Of a stretch of 40,448 bases of DNA, positions 35,930-40,448 are shown one piece after another. Location of the stretch: assembly GCF_001194135.2 (NCBI RefSeq), contig NC_068999.1:38669750-38710197 (forward strand), in the 5' to 3' direction. Source of the stretch: Octopus bimaculoides. Its lineage: Eukaryota. The position numbers and the translations under genes were made by a program. Every line of letters begins with the position of its first letter. Within the stretch, counting starts at the first letter, position 1. Under the pieces are notes generated by a model, which saw only the letters and a program-made list of their open reading frames with translations, had not been told where the DNA came from and ran no database searches.

Positions 35930-36450
35930 TCACCTGATGCTTCTTAAGTCTACTTTTTTCTCAGGGCATTTACACTCTGTTGTGTATGCACACTGACATT
36001 ATACATCCAGTGGAGCATACTGGCTTCATTCCTTGCAAGCTTACGTATGTCCTCAGTTACAGCCCATGTTTCACTGCTATGTAGCATGACTGTTCATACA
36101 CATGCATCATACAGTCTGCCTTTTACTCTGAGCGAGAGGCCCTTTGTGACCACTAGAGGTAAGAGCTCTCTGAACTTTGCCCAGACTATTCTTATTCTAG
36201 CAGTTACACTTTCAGAGCATCCACTCCTGCTACTGACTTGGTCACCTAGGTAACGGAAGCTATCAACTATTTGTAGTTTTTCTCCCTGGAATGTGACAGA
36301 AGTTGTTCTCTGCACATTTTCAGTGTTTATTGCTCCTGAGCATTTGCCACGTACAAAAACTATCTTCCCAGTTAGCCTTCCTTTGATATTGCTGCACCTC
36401 TTATGTGTCCATAGTTTACACTGGGTATGTTTTATGGAGTTTCTGCAATG
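35930..36450 (-). mobile_element. RTE-clade LINE fragment, RT thumb and C-terminal region (decayed)
   Basis: CTQCKLWTHKRCSNIKGRLTGKIVFVRGKCSG...VDSFRYLGDQVSSRSGCSESVTARIRIVWAKFRELLPLVVTKGLSLRVKGRLYDACV*TVMLHSSETWAVTEDIRKLARNEASMLHWMYNV. FxYLG and KGRLY..CV...ML..SETW are typical RTE motifs. Overlaps the 272-630 fragment in sequence. Confidence 0.9.
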
Positions 36451-36454
36451 CCTG

Positions 36455-36626
36455 AAATTTAGGAGCAGGGGACTAGTCAATTATATTGACCCCAGTGCAT
36501 AACTGGTATTTAATTTATTGACCCTGAAAGAGGAAAGATAGAGTCAACCTCAGCAGAATTTGAACTCAGAACTTAGCGATGGGCATTATACTGCTAATCA
36601 TTTCGTCCAGCATGCTAACAATTGTC
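36455..36626 (-). mobile_element. SINE family B copy adjoining the RTE fragment
   Basis: gaccccagtgcataactggta..gtcaacctcagcagaatttgaactcagaac..tttcgtccagcatgctaac, the reverse complement of family B. Confidence 0.72.
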
Positions 36627-37647
36627 ACAAAACAAAACTCCAGGAAGAACAGAGTTGAGTAATTGATTAATTACTATTTCATAATTGTATTGATTTAAAA
36701 CATTGGGGAATGGGTTGATATCCTGGAGATCATGGGCCACAATGGTTTCATTGTTGTTACCGCCCTTACGTTTCCAATCAGATGAGTTCAAGTGTCGCTG
36801 AGCAGCTCATCTTTACCATTCATTCTGCCAGATTTGAGTAAACATCAGTGAAATACCAAGATTTATATAACTAAATGACATTAGCATAGTTTATGTGGTA
36901 AACCAACAAATTTCATTTAATTAAAATTATTCATTCATCACACACTTTACTATCACTTTTTCTTGATGAATGTGTCCCTGGGTATTTATTGTATTGCTTT
37001 CTGTTGGTTGGTGAACACTTTTATACATTAGAGACAATGTATTACTTCTACATAAAAAATAACTTTATTTCCCTTTTTTTTTTGTCAAATCAGCTTTAAA
37101 TTGTTCTCTGATTTTTGACTGCAGTGAAAATTACAGCATTTAGAGAAAAAAAGAATCTGCTATTTTTCAGTGGAACACATCTGACACTCTCTGAACATTT
37201 TATGATTAGGATGTCACAATGTTAAATTGCTACAAACATACTTTCTACAAATGCTGTCAAAAAGCCATAAAACCTAGTAATCCATTTAAATTTTTATTAC
37301 TTCTTTTTTAAACTGACCTTTTTTATTTTGCTACTACTTAAAATTTTTAATATTTTTTTTCCAATATGTATATTTTAATAGATTTCAATAATAATGTAAA
37401 AAAAGAGAAAGAAAGAAATTGGTGCAAAGAGTAAAGGAGAGAAAAAAAAAGGTTATGTTTGATACAGTTATTAGAAATGTTATCTGCTTTAAGAAGGTCA
37501 TCTGATAGATCTCTTTTAGTTTGGCAATAAAAGCTAACAAGATAGGAAGAGAGAAAAATATTAGAGAAAAAAAACCCAAGAAAAATGGAATTTAGGGTTG
37601 TATTAATGTTTTGTCAAGCAGGTGCCTGTCTATTCTGTCAGTCTGTC

Positions 37648-37850
37648 TCTCTCTCTTTCTCTTTCCTTCTCTCTCTTTCTCTTTCCTTCTCTCTCTTTCT
37701 CTTTCCTTCTCTCTCTTTCTCTTTCCTTCTCTCTCTTTCTCTTTCCTTCTCTCTCTCTTTCCCTCTCTCCTCCTCTCTCTCTTTCCCTCTCTCCTCCTCT
37801 CTCTCCCTTTCTCTCACTTCCTCTCTCTTTCTCTCATCTGTCTATCTGTT
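37648..37850. repeat. Pyrimidine minisatellite, 20-bp unit ctttccttctctctctttct (~5 copies) decaying into (CT)n
   Basis: Exact 20-nt period from 37661 to ~37755. Confidence 0.92.
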
Positions 37851-38619
37851 TGTTATTATTTTCTGTAATAATGCCCCTTATATAAATATAAACGAATAAT
37901 TATATTCTTGGGAATATAATTTTTTTACACACTGGCTTCTTGATAAAATTCTTGTAAAAGAGTTTTATCCCTTTTTGAATCTGTTTGTCTGTAATGTATG
38001 TCTGTGTATGGAGCTGATTTCAGCAGTAATTAAAAATAAATATAACTCCTGTCTAATATGTGGAGTTCTGCATTCTTTAATTTTCTTCACTCACTCATGT
38101 GGTTTTATGTATGCATATATATATCTTTATATCATAATCATCATTACACACACACACACACACATACACACACACACACACACCTTAACTTAGGGGTCAA
38201 CATCTCAATGCCATCTATTGCAAACACACTGGTATCTGTGTTGATCTTTTTTGTGCAAACATGCAGTAATGCCTTTGACCCCCTTACCTACAGATTCTGC
38301 ATTTGCTCTTTCACTGAGTTTATTGTTGCTGCTCATTTTATCTCTGGCCAAGCCAAAGAGGCAATCTTTTTGTAACACTGCTCTTATTTATTGGTATAAT
38401 AAATTCTCAGAGCTTGAAACTCAGTGCTGCATATCAATGCCTCAGTGCATCCTCTCGGATCAATTTTCTTAGCTACCTCCAGGTGTTTGTCTTGTCTTTC
38501 CTTCCTTCTATTACTCTCAGATGTTTCCGATGCATTCATTCTCTTGTTGTGCAATTTTTGCTCTTGCTCTTGTTTCCTAAATTATTTTGGGTGGGTCACA
38601 TTTTCACTTGGTATTCTCT

Positions 38620-38760
38620 CAACAGGTACTTATGTTATCAACTCTGAAGGGATGAAAAGCAAAGGTAACCTTAGCAGAATTTGAACCCAAAATTTGGAGA
38701 CAGATGAAATGCCAATAAGCATTTCGTCTGGGCATGCTAACAATTGTGCCAGTTCACCTT
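38620..38760 (-). mobile_element. SINE family B copy
   Basis: ggtactt..gggatgaaaagcaaagg..gcagaatttgaaccc..catttcgtctgggcatgctaacaattgtgccagttcacc. Confidence 0.72.
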
Positions 38761-38779
38761 AGCACCCCCAGGGCAAAAT

Positions 38780-38952
38780 ACATAGCAGTATTTTGTTTGT
38801 CTTCACGTTCCAAGTTTATATTCCACCAAGGTCAACTTTGTCTTTTATCCTCTCAGGGGTCAATAAAATAAGTACCAGTTGCATATTGGGGGTAGGGTGG
38901 GGTCAATGAAATCAACTTACCTCACTCTCCGAAATTGCTGGCCTTGTGCCAA
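38780..38952 (+). mobile_element. SINE family B copy, head-to-head with the previous one
   Basis: gtattttgtttgtcttcacgttc..aaggtcaactttg..taagtaccagttgc..ggccttgtgccaa. Confidence 0.72.
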
Positions 38953-38954
38953 GT

Positions 38955-39300
38955 TATTACTTTATTGTCTTTTCACAGCTTCTAATGCTGGAGATTTACT
39001 ACGGTGTCAGCTGTTTACTACCAGTGAACTAAGGTTACACCCATTATTTTTCAAGCACCTTCCAGAGTATTCGAGTGGTTACAAGCAGTGCTGTTCTCTG
39101 CAAGTCCTCCACCCTTATTGCACCCCCTATTTCTTCCATGGACTTCTCAAGACTTTTACTCACTGTTTCCAGGGCTCCAACAATTATTGGTACTACTACC
39201 ACCTTTTTTGGTGACCACAACTGCTTAATTTTCCAAGCTAACCTGTCATATCTATCAACTTTTCTTTCTTCCTTATTGCATACATTGTCATCAGCTGGGT
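38955..39300 (-). mobile_element. 5'-truncated R4/Dong-type non-LTR retrotransposon: end of the restriction-like endonuclease ORF plus 3'UTR
   Basis: Open minus frame PADDNVCNKEERKVDRYDRLAWKIKQLWSPKKVVVVPIIVGALETVSKSLEKSMEEIGGAIRVEDLQRTALLVTTRILWKVLEK* with stop at 39046-39044. Matches the RLE C-terminal pattern (P.D.NV..KE..K..KY..L, VVPIVVGALG, LQK.ALL.T.RIL.KVL). The 3'UTR ends AATAAAGTAATAA and a (TAA)n tract abuts the 5' end. Confidence 0.8.
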
Positions 39301-39313
39301 ATTGTTATTACTA

Positions 39314-39348
<35 letters not shown>

Positions 39349-40104
39349 GGTGATGGTAGTTGTATACAGTTTGTGATTTGGCAGAAACCATAGTGAAATA
39401 AACTATATATTTTCAGTCACATATGTATAAGAAGAAATGAAAATACTTAAAAAGAAAATGAAAGCTGTAAGGAGTGTGAGTGTGTATGTGAGAGAGAGAG
39501 AAAGAGTGAGACAGGGAGACAAGGTGGGATGAGGGGAAAGGAGACAAAACAGCCTGATAGAATGAGATGAACAGCAACAACAACAATAACAAAAGTGTTT
39601 GGTTGACAAGTGAACAATGATGGCTGGTTTTGTTGTTTCTTTAAAAACTTTGATGTCCAACAAGATAACAATCTCTTTCAGTCTGCTTCAACACAATTTA
39701 TGGCTAGTCTTTAGTGAAATATTTAACATATTTCACAACTTGAAATGTGTTAAACACAAGCTGTAGGATTTATATTGAAAGCAGAATTGTTGAACATCAG
39801 CCGAGTAGACCAATCATTGAAGAATTTCCAACTATTTTCTTTGGTACATTATTTATCCAAAATCTACATTTATCTGTCCTTGGTGTTTGCCCATTTCTTT
39901 TAAATGGGTGTGATTTGGGGAAAGGTTTTACTGCTACTTCTAACATGTCTAATGGTTACATCGAGGCTCCTTCATTGGCTCTGGAGGGCAAGAGACAAAT
40001 ATGTAGGAACCGAAACAGAATCAACTGGTTAGTAATTCACAAGATATTGAAATACAAACTAACTATTCAAAAATATAATCTTATCTTTTCCAATTCATTT
40101 TATC

Positions 40105-40280
40105 CAGAAGCCAGTGCTGCCTGACTGGCTCCCATGCTGGTGGCACGTAAAAAGCACCCACTACACTCTTGGTTGGCATTAGGAAGGGCATCCAGCTGTA
40201 GAAACCTTGCCAGATCAGATTGGAGCCTGGTGAGGTCTCCTGGCTTGCCAGTCCTCAATCAAACCGTCCATCCCATGTCA
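40105..40280 (+). mobile_element. SINE family A copy (tail truncated)
   Basis: gccagtgctgcctgactggctcccatgctggtggcacgtaaaaagcacccactac..ggttggcattaggaagggcatccagctgtagaaacc..aaaccgtcca. Confidence 0.8.
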
Positions 40281-40448
40281 ACACACAAAAACACACACAC
40301 ACATACACAAAAATACACACACACACACTCTCTACCCATTCCTGCCCCTCTTTTACTATCCTATATATCTCTCTCCACCCCTACACACTCAATAATACTG
40401 TAAAAAGAGACAAATCCCCTAAAAAAAATATATTTTAATCTGAAGATT

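Noticed and set aside
39747-40124. 125-aa ORF near the window end
   Set aside because: No recognisable domain; it runs into a SINE and has no compatible splice sites for CCDC39.

Overview
AT-rich, microsatellite-dense animal genomic DNA with eight N gaps. The repeat families and (AT)n/(GT)n/(ATG)n load look like an octopus (coleoid cephalopod) draft assembly; this is inferred from recognition, not from a search. The only host gene I can support is CCDC39 (axonemal 96-nm ruler coiled-coil protein) on the + strand. It has two internal coding exons, 1754-1913 and 27987-28093, which splice in phase across a ~26 kb intron, so the rest of the window is intronic. The introns contain decayed mobile elements: RTE-clade LINE fragments, the C-terminus of an R4/Dong-type retrotransposon beside a (TAA)n tract, a deleted maT/Tc1-mariner, a DINE-1/HINE-like element and many SINE copies. 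The most interesting structures are two ~260-bp near-perfect palindromes (12237-12492, 32808-33069). Each carries a minimal hammerhead-ribozyme-like motif of the Penelope type, one of them with a U3-A8 covariant core. Almost all ORF-track entries are microsatellite or N-gap artefacts. I found no prokaryotic-type system or CRISPR array. Coordinates of decayed repeats are approximate.
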